Source: an uncultured Actinomycetes bacterium (lineage in GTDB: Bacteria > Actinomycetota > Thermoleophilia > Gaiellales > Gaiellaceae). Taken from it: a stretch of 64,000 nucleotides of DNA. The stretch covers positions 120,392-184,391 of the forward strand of contig CAWEMW010000004.1 in assembly GCA_963810295.1 (NCBI GenBank), read 5' to 3'. This document shows, in pieces, positions 39,062-48,363 of this stretch. The notes below the pieces were generated by a model, which was not told the origin of the DNA, did no database searches, and worked only from the letters and a program-made list of their open reading frames with translations. A program made the translations under genes and the position numbers. Each line of letters starts with the position of its first letter. Position 1 is the stretch's first letter.

Positions 39062-39092
39062 ACGGAAAGGGAGCCCGGAGGCTCCCTTCCGT
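39062..39092 (-). terminator. Terminator-like hairpin closing the putative sRNA
   Basis: Minus strand ACGGAAGGGAGCC-TCCG-GGCTCCCTTTCCGT, long stem. Confidence 0.65.
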
Positions 39093-39197
39093 CGACGGCG
39101 AGCCCTGCGGCGGTGGGCCGATGCCGTCGCTGCACGCCCGCGCCGGGGGGAGGCGCGGCCATCCAGATGAATCCTCGCAGGAACTCTGTGAGGACAG
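39062..39197 (-). ncRNA. Probable 6C-like small RNA
   Basis: On the minus strand, hairpin GCCGCGCC-TCCCCCC-GGCGCGGGC (39136-39159) is followed by hairpin CGACGGC..CGGC-CCACC-GCCG..GCCGTCG (39093-39129). A 5' hairpin (39171-39194) and a terminator flank them. Confidence 0.6.
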
Positions 39198-39203
39198 TGT
39201 TAA

Positions 39204-39230
39204 GTACCCACCCACTTTAGGGTTGAAACC
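39204..39230 (-). promoter_or_regulatory. SigF/SigB-type promoter driving the putative sRNA
   Basis: Minus strand GGTTT-N16-GGGTAC matches the actinobacterial SigF consensus GGWWT-N16/17-GGGTAY. Confidence 0.6.
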
Positions 39231-39986
39231 ATGCACGGTGCGGACGATGCGATCGCACGGCTTTCGGCACGGGGCCTGAGCCGGCGTGACGCCGCCGTCA
39301 TCGTCGATCATCTCGAGCAGGCCGATGCATCGGGCAAGCACGGACACGGTCTCGGCCGAATCCCATGGCTCGAGGGGCTTCTCGGCGACATCGCGGATCC
39401 AGGTGGCGTTCCCGAGCGGGTCGAGCGGACGGAGGGGTTCGAACGGTGGCACGGGCGCGGCGCTCTGGGCTACCTGACGCTTGCGGCCGTCTGCGATGCG
39501 CTTCTCGGCGATCCGCCCGCTCGTGCGAGGCTCGTCGTCTGCGAGGCCTGCTTCCCGACCGGGGTGCTCGGCGCCTGGGCGCGGCAGCTGGCGGACGCGG
39601 GGCTCGTCGCCGTCGTCACCGCGACATCGCCGAAGCGCCTCCCGCATCCCGACGGCGGCGCGCCTCTGACAGGTACGAACCCCATCGCCGTCGCAGTGCC
39701 CTCCTCCGACGGGCGGTCGTTCGTCGCCGACGTCTCGATGGGCGCCGTGACGCACGGGGATGTGCTCGCCGGTGACGCGCGCCCGGAGGAGCTCGTGCCG
39801 TTCGGCGGTCCTCAGGCGCACAAGGCCTTCGCGCTCGCCGCCGCCGTCGAGCTGCTCGTCGGCGCGCTCGCCGGACCGGAGCACGGCGCGATGGTGCTGG
39901 CCGCGCGGCCGGATCACGACCCCGTGCCGGCATTTCGCGAGCTGGCTGCGGGGCTCAGGCTGCCAGGCGACGCATCACACGCCTGA
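39231..39986 (+). CDS. Ldh_2 family oxidoreductase (malate/L-lactate/ureidoglycolate dehydrogenase-like), short
   Basis: AD..G..GHGL.RI, GTNPIAVAVP, D.SMG, LVPFGG and KAFAL. Confidence 0.75.
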   Translation: MHGADDAIARLSARGLSRRDAAVIVDHLEQADASGKHGHGLGRIPWLEGLLGDIADPGGVPERVERTEGFERWHGRGALGYLTLAAVCDALLGDPPARARLVVCEACFPTGVLGAWARQLADAGLVAVVTATSPKRLPHPDGGAPLTGTNPIAVAVPSSDGRSFVADVSMGAVTHGDVLAGDARPEELVPFGGPQAHKAFALAAAVELLVGALAGPEHGAMVLAARPDHDPVPAFRELAAGLRLPGDASHA

Positions 39987-40038
39987 AGAAGCCGAGCTCG
40001 GCGAGCTTACGTCGCCGTTGCTCCTCGCGCTCGTCTGC

Positions 40039-41403
40039 TCAAACCGCCACAGCCGGCAGCCCTGCGAGCGCCATCGCGAGCTCGCCCTCGTCGTACTCGC
40101 GATCCTCGAGCGCGCCGGCGAAGTAGTCGATGTAGGCCTGCATGTCGAAGTGCCCGTGGCCGCAGAGATTGAAGAGAATCGTCTCCGGGCTTCCCTCCTC
40201 CTTGCACCGAAGCGCCTCGTCGATCACGGCCTTGACCGCGTGGTTCGCCTCAGGAGCAGGGAGGATCCCCTCGGCCCGCGCGAAGCGCACGCCCGCCTCG
40301 AAGACGGTCGTCTGGTGGTATGCCCGTGCCTCGATCAACCCGAGCGAGTGGAGGTGGCTGACGAGCGGCGCCATCCCGTGATAGCGCAGCCCGCCCGCGT
40401 GGAAGCCCGGCGGCACGAAGGACGAGCCGAGCGTGTGCATCTTCACAAGGGGCGTGAGGTGGCCGGTGTCGCCGAAGTCGTAGGCGAACTCGCCGCGCGT
40501 GAGGCTCGGGCACGCCGCCGGCTCGACGGCGATCACGCGCACGTCGGAGCCGCCGCGAAGCTTCTGGCCGATGAACGGGAACACGAGGCCGGAGAAGTTC
40601 GAGCCGCCGCCCGTGCACCCGATCAGCACGTCCGGATAGGCCTCCGCCAGGTCCATCTGGGCGATCGCCTCCTCGCCGATGACCGTCTGGTGCAGGAGCA
40701 CGTGGTTGAGCACCGAGCCGAGCGCGTACTTCGTGTCGTCGCGTTGGGCGGCTTGCTCGACCGCCTCGGAGATCGCGATCCCGAGGCTGCCCGTCGAGTC
40801 GGGATGCTCGGCGAGGATCGCGCGTCCGGAGGCGGTCTCCTCGGACGGGCTCGGCACGCAGCGTGCCCCGAACGCCTCCATGAGCGCCCGCCGGTAAGGC
40901 TTCTGGTCGTACGAGACGCGCACCATGTAGACGTCGATCTCGATTCCAAACAGCGCTCCGGCGAACGCCAGTGACGACCCCCATTGACCGGCTCCGGTCT
41001 CGGTCGCGATCCGCTGCACGCCTTCGCGCGCGTTGTAGTACGCCTGCGCGACGGCCGTGTTCGGCTTGTGACTCCCCGTAGGCGAGACCCCCTCGTACTT
41101 GTAGAAGATGCGCGCGGGGGTGTCGAGCTCGCGCTCGAGCCGGCGGGCGCGGTAGAGCGGCGTGGGGCGCCACTGCCGGTAGACCTCCCGCACCTCCTCG
41201 GGAATCGGGATCCGCTGCTCGGTCGAGACCTCCTGAAGGATCACCTCCATCGGGAACAGAGGCGCGAGGTCGTCGGGGCCGACGGGCTGGCCGGTGCCGG
41301 GGTGCAGCACGGGCGCCGGTGGCTCGGGGAGGTCGGACGCGACGTTGTACCAGGCATCCGGCAACCGGCTCTCGTCGAGCGTGTACTTGACAGGCTCGCT
41401 CAT
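40039..41403 (-). CDS. trpB: TrpB-like PLP enzyme (TrpB2, stand-alone tryptophan synthase beta)
   Basis: [48 protein letters not shown] and LCGHGHFD. Confidence 0.92.
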   Translation of the reverse strand: MSEPVKYTLDESRLPDAWYNVASDLPEPPAPVLHPGTGQPVGPDDLAPLFPMEVILQEVSTEQRIPIPEEVREVYRQWRPTPLYRARRLERELDTPARIFYKYEGVSPTGSHKPNTAVAQAYYNAREGVQRIATETGAGQWGSSLAFAGALFGIEIDVYMVRVSYDQKPYRRALMEAFGARCVPSPSEETASGRAILAEHPDSTGSLGIAISEAVEQAAQRDDTKYALGSVLNHVLLHQTVIGEEAIAQMDLAEAYPDVLIGCTGGGSNFSGLVFPFIGQKLRGGSDVRVIAVEPAACPSLTRGEFAYDFGDTGHLTPLVKMHTLGSSFVPPGFHAGGLRYHGMAPLVSHLHSLGLIEARAYHQTTVFEAGVRFARAEGILPAPEANHAVKAVIDEALRCKEEGSPETILFNLCGHGHFDMQAYIDYFAGALEDREYDEGELAMALAGLPAVAV

Positions 41404-41413
41404 CCTCGCCTCC

Positions 41414-42064
41414 TCACCGGTCGGACGTCGGCTGCGGAAATGCCGGATCGTCGCGGATCGACGCCAGGTCATCGTCAGTCTGCGCGTACTCGAGGAAGGT
41501 TTCTCTCAGCTCGACGGCGCGACTGAGGTACTCGAGCGCTTCCTTCGAGTGCCCTGCCCGCGCATGCGCGCACGCAAGGTTGTAGTGCACTCCTGCGTTC
41601 TCGGGGGTGTCGACCAGGTGGCCCTCGAGCACCTCGATCGCCCTGTCCCATTCCTCGGTCGGCCAGTACCGAAGAGCCTGTGCCGAGCGCTCCCAGTCCG
41701 ACGGGGAGAAGGCCTCGCCGGGCTTCGCCCCGACGGCGAGCACCGTCGTGCCGCTCGTCCCGACGGCGCCCCGCTTGACCGCGGGATCAGCGACGTGCAC
41801 GACCGTCCCGGCAGGCGCGTCGCGCGTCTCACCGTCGAGGGTGAACGTGGCGTGCCCGGCGAGCACGACGTAGAGCTCCTCGTGCCCCAGCGTCGTCTCA
41901 TCGTGCTCGCCGATCACCTGCTGGCCGTCCTCGGTCGCCGTCCAGGCGTTGATCCCGAAAGCCTCGATGCCGAGCGTCGAGCGGATCATGTGCCACCGCG
42001 CCTGCCCCGGGATCTCGTAGCCGACGAGATCGTCGAGCGGGGTGACGGAAAAGCGCCCGGTCAT
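41414..42064 (-). CDS. Cupin-like + TPR domain protein
   Basis: [14 protein letters not shown]...HEELYVVL.G cupin motif, [11 protein letters not shown] and DDDLASIR. Confidence 0.75.
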   Translation of the reverse strand: MTGRFSVTPLDDLVGYEIPGQARWHMIRSTLGIEAFGINAWTATEDGQQVIGEHDETTLGHEELYVVLAGHATFTLDGETRDAPAGTVVHVADPAVKRGAVGTSGTTVLAVGAKPGEAFSPSDWERSAQALRYWPTEEWDRAIEVLEGHLVDTPENAGVHYNLACAHARAGHSKEALEYLSRAVELRETFLEYAQTDDDLASIRDDPAFPQPTSDR

Positions 42065-42888
42065 GCCGACTCCCGGAGCCGCGCGAGCACGACGGGATCG
42101 ATCTCGTCGTCTCCGTCGACGCGTTCCTCGAGGTTCGCAACGCCCGCCCAGTCGGCGAGGCTCGCGTGGCCGGCTCGCGAGAGCAGCTCGTCGAGCTCCG
42201 CGCGCAGCGTGTCGTCGACCGCGATCCACTCCTCGCGTGGGGTCTTTCCGAAGAGATCGTCGTGCAGCCGGTAGATGCGGCGAAGCTCGCCAAGCGGATC
42301 GGCGTGGTCGTCGACGCGCAGGTCGACGAGCGTGTCCGAGAGCCCGGCGTAGCCGCCGTCCCGCTCTACGACGAGGAGCGCGGCCGACTGGCGGCCGCGG
42401 CTGTCGCCACCAGCCGCCTCGGCGGCGTCCAGGCAGTCGATCAGACGCTCGGCCAGCGGCTGTCCTGCGGTGCGCTCGAAGGTCTCCGCAAGCGCGTCGA
42501 CGGTCTCGGCGGAGACGAGGATGTTCCCCTGCACTGCGTAGCCGTCGCCCGTTCGGCCGCCCGCCCAGGCGTGGCACTCGGCGCCAGTGTACGTCGCTGC
42601 ACGGCCCTCACCGTCCACGACGCCGAGCTGCCGGAGCGCGCGATCGTCGTCGGGGGATGTCAGCCGCTCGGCCACCTCGTCGGCGGAGAGGCCCTTGCGA
42701 AGCAGCGCGAGGCCGTCCGGCCCGTAGCGGGGATTGGCATACGACTGGGTCGCGATCGCACCGACGTGCGGCGCCGCCCACGGCACGACCGACCCGACCG
42801 CGAGGAACTTCGATTGTGTGGCGACGCCCCACTGTCCCGCTTCGAGGTCGCAAGCACAGATCGAGTACGTCGCGAGAGGACTAGCCAT
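42061..42888 (-). CDS. DUF1028 (Ntn-hydrolase-like) protein
   Basis: TYSICA, GVATQSKFLAVG, ATQS, RQLGVVD, QGNIL, GGDSRGRQSAAL and LRVDDH. Confidence 0.88.
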   Translation of the reverse strand: MASPLATYSICACDLEAGQWGVATQSKFLAVGSVVPWAAPHVGAIATQSYANPRYGPDGLALLRKGLSADEVAERLTSPDDDRALRQLGVVDGEGRAATYTGAECHAWAGGRTGDGYAVQGNILVSAETVDALAETFERTAGQPLAERLIDCLDAAEAAGGDSRGRQSAALLVVERDGGYAGLSDTLVDLRVDDHADPLGELRRIYRLHDDLFGKTPREEWIAVDDTLRAELDELLSRAGHASLADWAGVANLEERVDGDDEIDPVVLARLRESA

Positions 42889-43150
42889 ATGTGAGCTCGG
42901 ACAGGTCGAGTGCGAGAAGCGCAGGATCCGAGACGAGAACCGACGACACCTCGGGGCGGGCCAGTGCCGCCTTCACCGCGCCGGCGTCGGCGGCTCGGAC
43001 GACGACCGGCGTTCCCTTCGCGTGCGCGGCCTCGAGCGCGGCGAGGTCGTCGACGGAGTCGATCACGAGTGCATCCCGCGTGTCCAGCTGCCCTTCGAGC
43101 GCGATGGCGGGCACGCGCCGTCCCGTCGCGCCGTACCAGCGTTCGCGCAT
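42881..43150 (-). CDS. Small hypothetical protein (89 aa) with an aldo/keto-reductase-like N-terminus
   Basis: ATG overlaps the upstream TGA. MRERWYGATGRRVPAIALEG. Coding-like GC3. Confidence 0.65.
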   Translation of the reverse strand: MRERWYGATGRRVPAIALEGQLDTRDALVIDSVDDLAALEAAHAKGTPVVVRAADAGAVKAALARPEVSSVLVSDPALLALDLSELTYG

Positions 43151-44241
43151 CACCGGTCGACGATGAGCCGCGCCACGGCGCCTCCGACGCCCGACGCCCA
43201 GCAGGCGCCTGTCTTCGCGCACTCGACGGAGTCGAAGCTGCGCGTGTCGAAGCGCGTCCAGCTGCGGCCACCGTCCCTTGAGACGTCGCTGCCGGTCGGG
43301 CCGACCGCGACCGCCGTCTTCGGCAGGCGCGGCACCCAGGCGGATCCGGAGCGGTACTCGCCGGGGCCGTCCGCCGGGATCCATGTCGCGCCGCCGTCGG
43401 TCGTGTAGGCGGCGCCGTCGGGTGCGTTGGTCGGGTCGAGGAAGTCTCCGCCGACGATGATCCCGTGCCGCGGATTGGCGAACGCGAGCGAGAAGATGCC
43501 TCCGGCCGGTGCGCTGGCGACGGGGGTCTCCGTGACCTCCCACGTGCGTCCCCGGTCGTCGGAGTGGAAGACGCGGGAGACGACGTCGCCCCCGGTGCCG
43601 AACCAGGCGTCGCGACCGCCGGCCGTCTCGAGGCACGTGCCGCTCGCGGCAAACCCGAACTCGCCCGGCAGCGCATCCGGCATGCCGCTCGAGGGAAGGA
43701 GCTGCCAGCTGTCGCCGCCGTCGCTCGTCGAGAGGATCTGGAACTTGCCGCCGACGGGGTCGCCCATCACGAGCCCGCGGTGGCGGTCGAAGAACGCCAT
43801 GCAGTCGTAGAACGCGGCCGGATCGGTGTTCTGGAAGGTCTTCGTCCAGGTGGCGCCGCCGTCCTTCGTGACGTAGATCCGCGAGGCCTCGCCGGTGCCG
43901 ATCGCGAGCAGCACGACGTGGTCGGCGCTGAACGCCTCGATGTCGCGGAATCCCTGCCCGGCCGCGTCGGGCGGAGCGACGTTCTGCCATGTGGCGCCGC
44001 CGTCGAGCGTGCGCAGCACGGTGCCGCCGCTGCCGCTCACCCAGGCGACGCGCTCGCTCACGGCTGCGAGGCCGCGGAGGCCGGAGGACGTGCCCGTCGG
44101 ACGGGGCTCCCAGGAGAAGATGGCTCTCGGGCCGGCAGCGGCGCCTTGCCCCGCCAGCGCGGCCGCGAGGGCTGCGCCGAGCGCGATGGCGATCGTGAGA
44201 GCGAGAAGGACGATCCGATATGTCTGCGGCGTGGTAGTCAT
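43150..44241 (-). CDS. Secreted BNR/Asp-box repeat (Ycf48-like beta-propeller) protein
   Basis: Signal peptide, and repeated T/SxDGGxTW Asp-boxes (TLDGGATW, TKDGGATW, TSDGGDSW, SDDRGRTW, TTDGGATW, SRDGGRSW). Confidence 0.88.
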   Translation of the reverse strand: MTTTPQTYRIVLLALTIAIALGAALAAALAGQGAAAGPRAIFSWEPRPTGTSSGLRGLAAVSERVAWVSGSGGTVLRTLDGGATWQNVAPPDAAGQGFRDIEAFSADHVVLLAIGTGEASRIYVTKDGGATWTKTFQNTDPAAFYDCMAFFDRHRGLVMGDPVGGKFQILSTSDGGDSWQLLPSSGMPDALPGEFGFAASGTCLETAGGRDAWFGTGGDVVSRVFHSDDRGRTWEVTETPVASAPAGGIFSLAFANPRHGIIVGGDFLDPTNAPDGAAYTTDGGATWIPADGPGEYRSGSAWVPRLPKTAVAVGPTGSDVSRDGGRSWTRFDTRSFDSVECAKTGACWASGVGGAVARLIVDR

Positions 44242-44283
44242 GCCCGGGACCCTAACGCGTCCCGCGCCCTCGCAAACAACGTC

Positions 44284-44988
44284 CTATAGTGTCAGCGGCT
44301 CGCCCGGTGCCGGGACGAGTAGCTCGACCTCCGAGGGCAGCTGCGGCCGTAACGCATCCGGCGTGCCCGTGAGGAGGGCGAAGGTTCCGTAGTGCGAGGC
44401 GACGACGCGCGCTGCACCGACCAGCTCCGCTGCGACCGCAGCCTCCTCCGGACCCATCGTGAAGTGGTCGCCGATGGGCAGAACCGCGACGTCGGGTGCG
44501 TAGAGCCGCTTCACGAGCGCCATGTCGCCGAACACGTTCGTGTCGCCCGCGAAGTACACGGTCGGGCCGTCGTCGGGACGCAGGACGACGCCGCACGACT
44601 CGCCCAGGTAGACGAACGTGTCGTTCTGAAACGTGCTGGAGGAGTGGTTCGCGTCGGTGAGCGTAACCCGTACGTCACCGAAACGTCCCGTGCCGCCCTT
44701 GTTCAGCGCCTGGCCCATGTTGGCGTCCAGGCCCTGCGTCGAGAGCCAGCCGCGGAGTTCTACCTGCGCGACGACGGGGCACGAGAATCGCTGCGCGATC
44801 GCGACCGCGTCGCCGACGTGGTCGTCGTGCCCGTGCGTCAGAACGACGAGATCGCACCGTTCCGGCTCACGCTCGCCGTCGGGGCAGGACGGATTGCCGG
44901 TGAGGAACGGGTCGACGTAGACGCGCGTTCCTGACTCGGTCTCGATGCGGAACGCCGCATGGCCCAGCCACGTGAGCGTCGTCGCCAT
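44284..44988 (-). CDS. Metal-dependent hydrolase, MBL fold (UPF0173-like)
   Basis: TWLGHAAF, VDPFL, THGHDDH, HSS, YFAGDT, LPIGDHFTM and HYGTF. Confidence 0.9.
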   Translation of the reverse strand: MATTLTWLGHAAFRIETESGTRVYVDPFLTGNPSCPDGEREPERCDLVVLTHGHDDHVGDAVAIAQRFSCPVVAQVELRGWLSTQGLDANMGQALNKGGTGRFGDVRVTLTDANHSSSTFQNDTFVYLGESCGVVLRPDDGPTVYFAGDTNVFGDMALVKRLYAPDVAVLPIGDHFTMGPEEAAVAAELVGAARVVASHYGTFALLTGTPDALRPQLPSEVELLVPAPGEPLTL

Positions 44989-45020
44989 GGAAACATCCTA
45001 GAGCGGCGAGAATCGAATGT

Positions 45021-45437
45021 ATGCGCGTCGAGCTTCCCGGCGGATACGAGCTCGACGACGACCGGGCGCGCGTCGACCGGGCCGCGGTCCACGCCTACAT
45101 CGGCGGCGAGTCGTACTGGGCGAAAGGACGCTCGCGGGAGATCATGGACGCTCTGATCGACAACGCGGCGCGGGTCGTCGGCCTCTACCTCGGGGATGAG
45201 CAGGTCGGCTTCAGCCGCACGATCTCCGACCGGCACACGATGTCGTACCTCGCCGACGTCTACGTTCTCCCCGCTCACCAGGGTCGAGGCCTGGGCGCCG
45301 AGCTCGTCCGCTTCAGCGTGGACGACGGGGAGGTCGCCGCGACGCGCTGGTACCTGCACACGGCCGACGCGCATGAGCTTTACCGCCGGTTCGGCTTCAC
45401 GGAGCCAAGCGAGCGGGCAATGGAGCGCCCTCGCTAG
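45021..45437 (+). CDS. GNAT N-acetyltransferase
   Basis: ESYWAKGR, YLADVYV...HQGRGLG and LYRRFGF. Confidence 0.9.
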   Translation: MRVELPGGYELDDDRARVDRAAVHAYIGGESYWAKGRSREIMDALIDNAARVVGLYLGDEQVGFSRTISDRHTMSYLADVYVLPAHQGRGLGAELVRFSVDDGEVAATRWYLHTADAHELYRRFGFTEPSERAMERPR

Positions 45438-46903
45438 AGCGGCAAAGCGGAGGCGGCGTCGCGCGCGAGATCGACGAGCGGCTGCACGAAGAAGAACGAG
45501 CCGATCGTGACCGCGAGCGCGGCGCCGACCGCGGTGTCGAGCAGCCAGTCGCGTGGGGGCGAGGCGCCGGCGGCGAGCACCCCGCCTGCCAGCTCGTCGC
45601 CCTGACGCATGTAGAGCGCCCGCACGATGCTCAGGTAGTACGCGAGCGAGAGCGCAGTTGCGATCACGCCGATCACGACCAGCCACCACCATCCGGACTC
45701 GTAGATCGCGGAGAAGACGAACAGCTTGCCGAAGAAGCCGCCGGTCAGCGGGAACCCGGCCATGCTGAGCACGAAGCCCCACATCGCGACACCGAGGAAC
45801 GGTCGCTCCCAGCCGAGCCCTTCGAGCGAGGCGAGGGTGACGGGGCGGTTCTGCTCTCGCTCTCGGGCGGCGACGACGGCGAACGCGCCGACGGTGGCGG
45901 CGGCGTAGGGCACGAGGTAGTAGAGGAGCGCCGTCGCGCCGTCCTGGCTGTTCGCCGCGACGGCGATCAGCAGGAAGCCCGCGTGCGAGACGGAGGAGTA
46001 GGCGAGCATCCGCTTCACGTCGCTCTGCGCGATCGCCGCGAGGTTGCCGATGGCAAGCGACGCGACCGCGAGCACGGCGACGGCGATCGTCCAGATCTCG
46101 GATTGCTCAGGGAACGCCGTGACGAGAATCCGGTACGTCAGCGCCATCGCGGCGACCTTCGTCGCCGCTCCCATGAACGCCGTCACCGACGTGGGTGCGC
46201 CCTGGTAGACGTCCGGCGTCCACATGTGGAACGGCGCCGCCGAGACCTTGAAGCCGAGCCCGGCGAGGATCATCGCCATCCCCGTCACGAACATCGGGTC
46301 GTCCGCGCCCGTCGCCTCCTGGATCGCCGAGAACCCGAGCTCGCCGGTCGAGCCGTAGACGAGCGCGCAGCCGAACAGCAGGATCCCCGAGCCGAAGCTT
46401 CCCACGATCAGATACTTGAGGCCTGCCTCGAGTGAGGTGCGGCGATGCGTGTCGAGGGCACAGAGGACGTAGAGCGCGATCGAGAACCACTCGAGCGCGA
46501 GGAACATCGTCATGAGGTTCTCGGCCGAGACGAAGAACACCATCCCGGCCGCTGACGCGGCGATGAGCGCGTAGTACTCGCCCACGTGGTCGCGGCGACC
46601 GTCGCCGCCGGAAAGCAGGACGACCCCGATCCCGACGACCGCGATCACGAGCGCCGCCGCCGTCCCGAACTGGTCACGCGTCATCGACTCGGCGATCAGC
46701 GACGTGGCCTCGGACGAGCGGTCGAAGACCACCGCCGAGAGCACGGCCGACGTCGCGAATCCTGCGACCGACACGACGATCGAGAACCAACGAACCGCGG
46801 AGCGCGGCACGATCACCGCGCCGAGCAGGGTCACGGCTGCGACGCCGAGCAGCGCGAGTGTCGGCGAGAGCGCGAGCCAGTCGACCTTCGGGGTGTCGAT
46901 CAT
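45434..46903 (-). CDS. nuoN: NADH-quinone oxidoreductase subunit N
   Basis: LEAGLKY, GFKVSAAPFHMWTPDVYQG and KRMLAYSS. Confidence 0.95.
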   Translation of the reverse strand: MIDTPKVDWLALSPTLALLGVAAVTLLGAVIVPRSAVRWFSIVVSVAGFATSAVLSAVVFDRSSEATSLIAESMTRDQFGTAAALVIAVVGIGVVLLSGGDGRRDHVGEYYALIAASAAGMVFFVSAENLMTMFLALEWFSIALYVLCALDTHRRTSLEAGLKYLIVGSFGSGILLFGCALVYGSTGELGFSAIQEATGADDPMFVTGMAMILAGLGFKVSAAPFHMWTPDVYQGAPTSVTAFMGAATKVAAMALTYRILVTAFPEQSEIWTIAVAVLAVASLAIGNLAAIAQSDVKRMLAYSSVSHAGFLLIAVAANSQDGATALLYYLVPYAAATVGAFAVVAAREREQNRPVTLASLEGLGWERPFLGVAMWGFVLSMAGFPLTGGFFGKLFVFSAIYESGWWWLVVIGVIATALSLAYYLSIVRALYMRQGDELAGGVLAAGASPPRDWLLDTAVGAALAVTIGSFFFVQPLVDLARDAASALPL

Positions 46904-48360
46904 CCCGCGTCGAACCCTTCCCCGCCCTGCGTCGAGATGAACGCGGCCGGCTCATCTGCGGGGAACGAGCGCTCGCTGATCGCCGCAGGCCAGGCCGAGA
47001 GGACCGCGAGGATCGCGAGGAGCGGCACCACGAGCGCGAGCTCGCCGCTCACGAGGTCGCCCTTGTCCTCCCTCACCGCGCCGCCGCGCCGCTCGTGGAG
47101 GATCGCCGAGATGAGGCGCAGCGCGTAGAGCGCCGCGAGCACGATGGCGGCCGCTCCGATCGCCGCGTATCCCCAGCCGCGGCCGAAGACCCCGGCGAGG
47201 ATCGCGAACTCGCCCGCGAAGTTGGCCGAGCCGGGCACCGCGAGCGCGAACACCCCGAGCGCCATCACCAGCGTCGCGAGGATCGGGCGGCCCTTCGCCA
47301 TTCCCCCGAGCTGGGAGAAGGCGCCGGTGCCCGTCCGCGTCTCCACCATGGCTGCAAGAAGGAACAGCCCGGCCGAGACGAGCCCGTGGTTGACCGAGTG
47401 CAGCACAGCACCGTCGAGGCCGAGGTCGTTCACGGCGAAGATCCCGAGCACGATCAGCCCCATCTGACCCATCGACGAGTACGCGATCACGCCGCGGATG
47501 TCGGGCTGGCGGAACGCGAGCACCGACCCGTACACGAGCGTCGCGGCTGCGAGCACCAGAACGAGCTCGCGGAAGTCCTCCACGGGCTCCGGGAAGTGCG
47601 GCAGCACGATCCACACGAGCCCGAAGACGGCCGCCTTCGAGACGACGCCTGACAGGATCGCGGCCACCTCGGGCGGCGCTTCGGTGTACGCGGAGCGCAG
47701 CCAGCCGTGGAAGGGCAGGAGCGGCGCCTTCACGGCGAACGCGGCGAGAAAGCCGAGGAACACCCAGTCGTTCGAGCTCGTCCCGATCTCCGAGAGGAGG
47801 AACGTGCCCTGCGAGATCCCGAAGGCGACGATCGACGCGAGCATCAGCAGCGAGCCGGCCATCGTGTAGATGACGAACGTCACCGTCGCCTTGACCCGCG
47901 CGGGGCCGCCCCACACGCCGACGAGCACGTAGATCGGGATCAGCATGGCCTCGAAGAAGACGTAGAACAGGATCAGGTCCTGCGCGGCGAAGACCCCGAC
48001 GAGCGAGCCGATGAGGAAGAGCATCAGGCCGAAGTACGCACGCGCCCGCTCCCGACCCACCCAGATCCCGTAGCCGATGGCGGCGGCGCCGACGACCGAC
48101 GTCAGCCCGACGAGCCAGTACTGGAAGCCGTAGAGCCCGACCGCGTACGAGATGCCGAGCTCCGAGAACCACTCGCGGCTCGTGGAGAACTGCTGCGCGT
48201 CGCTCCCGAAGTCGAAGTTCCGCGCGCCGCCGATCCAGAGGCCGACCTCCGCGAGGACGGCCATGAGCGCGAGCCCGCCGGTCGACTCCCGCGAGAGGGG
48301 CAGCACCCAGACGAGCAGGGCGGCGGCGAGCGGGACGACGATGAGGAGCGTGGTCAGCAT
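46900..48360 (-). CDS. nuoM: NADH-quinone oxidoreductase subunit M
   Basis: FYVFFEAMLIP, AVKAPLLPFHGW, IAYSS and PGSANFAGE. Confidence 0.95.
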   Translation of the reverse strand: MLTTLLIVVPLAAALLVWVLPLSRESTGGLALMAVLAEVGLWIGGARNFDFGSDAQQFSTSREWFSELGISYAVGLYGFQYWLVGLTSVVGAAAIGYGIWVGRERARAYFGLMLFLIGSLVGVFAAQDLILFYVFFEAMLIPIYVLVGVWGGPARVKATVTFVIYTMAGSLLMLASIVAFGISQGTFLLSEIGTSSNDWVFLGFLAAFAVKAPLLPFHGWLRSAYTEAPPEVAAILSGVVSKAAVFGLVWIVLPHFPEPVEDFRELVLVLAAATLVYGSVLAFRQPDIRGVIAYSSMGQMGLIVLGIFAVNDLGLDGAVLHSVNHGLVSAGLFLLAAMVETRTGTGAFSQLGGMAKGRPILATLVMALGVFALAVPGSANFAGEFAILAGVFGRGWGYAAIGAAAIVLAALYALRLISAILHERRGGAVREDKGDLVSGELALVVPLLAILAVLSAWPAAISERSFPADEPAAFISTQGGEGFDAG

Positions 48361-48363
48361 GCG

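Noticed and set aside
39048-39161. 37-codon ORF (MAAPPPGAGVQRRH...) inside the putative sRNA
   Set aside because: No RBS, and the sequence is better explained by the hairpins.
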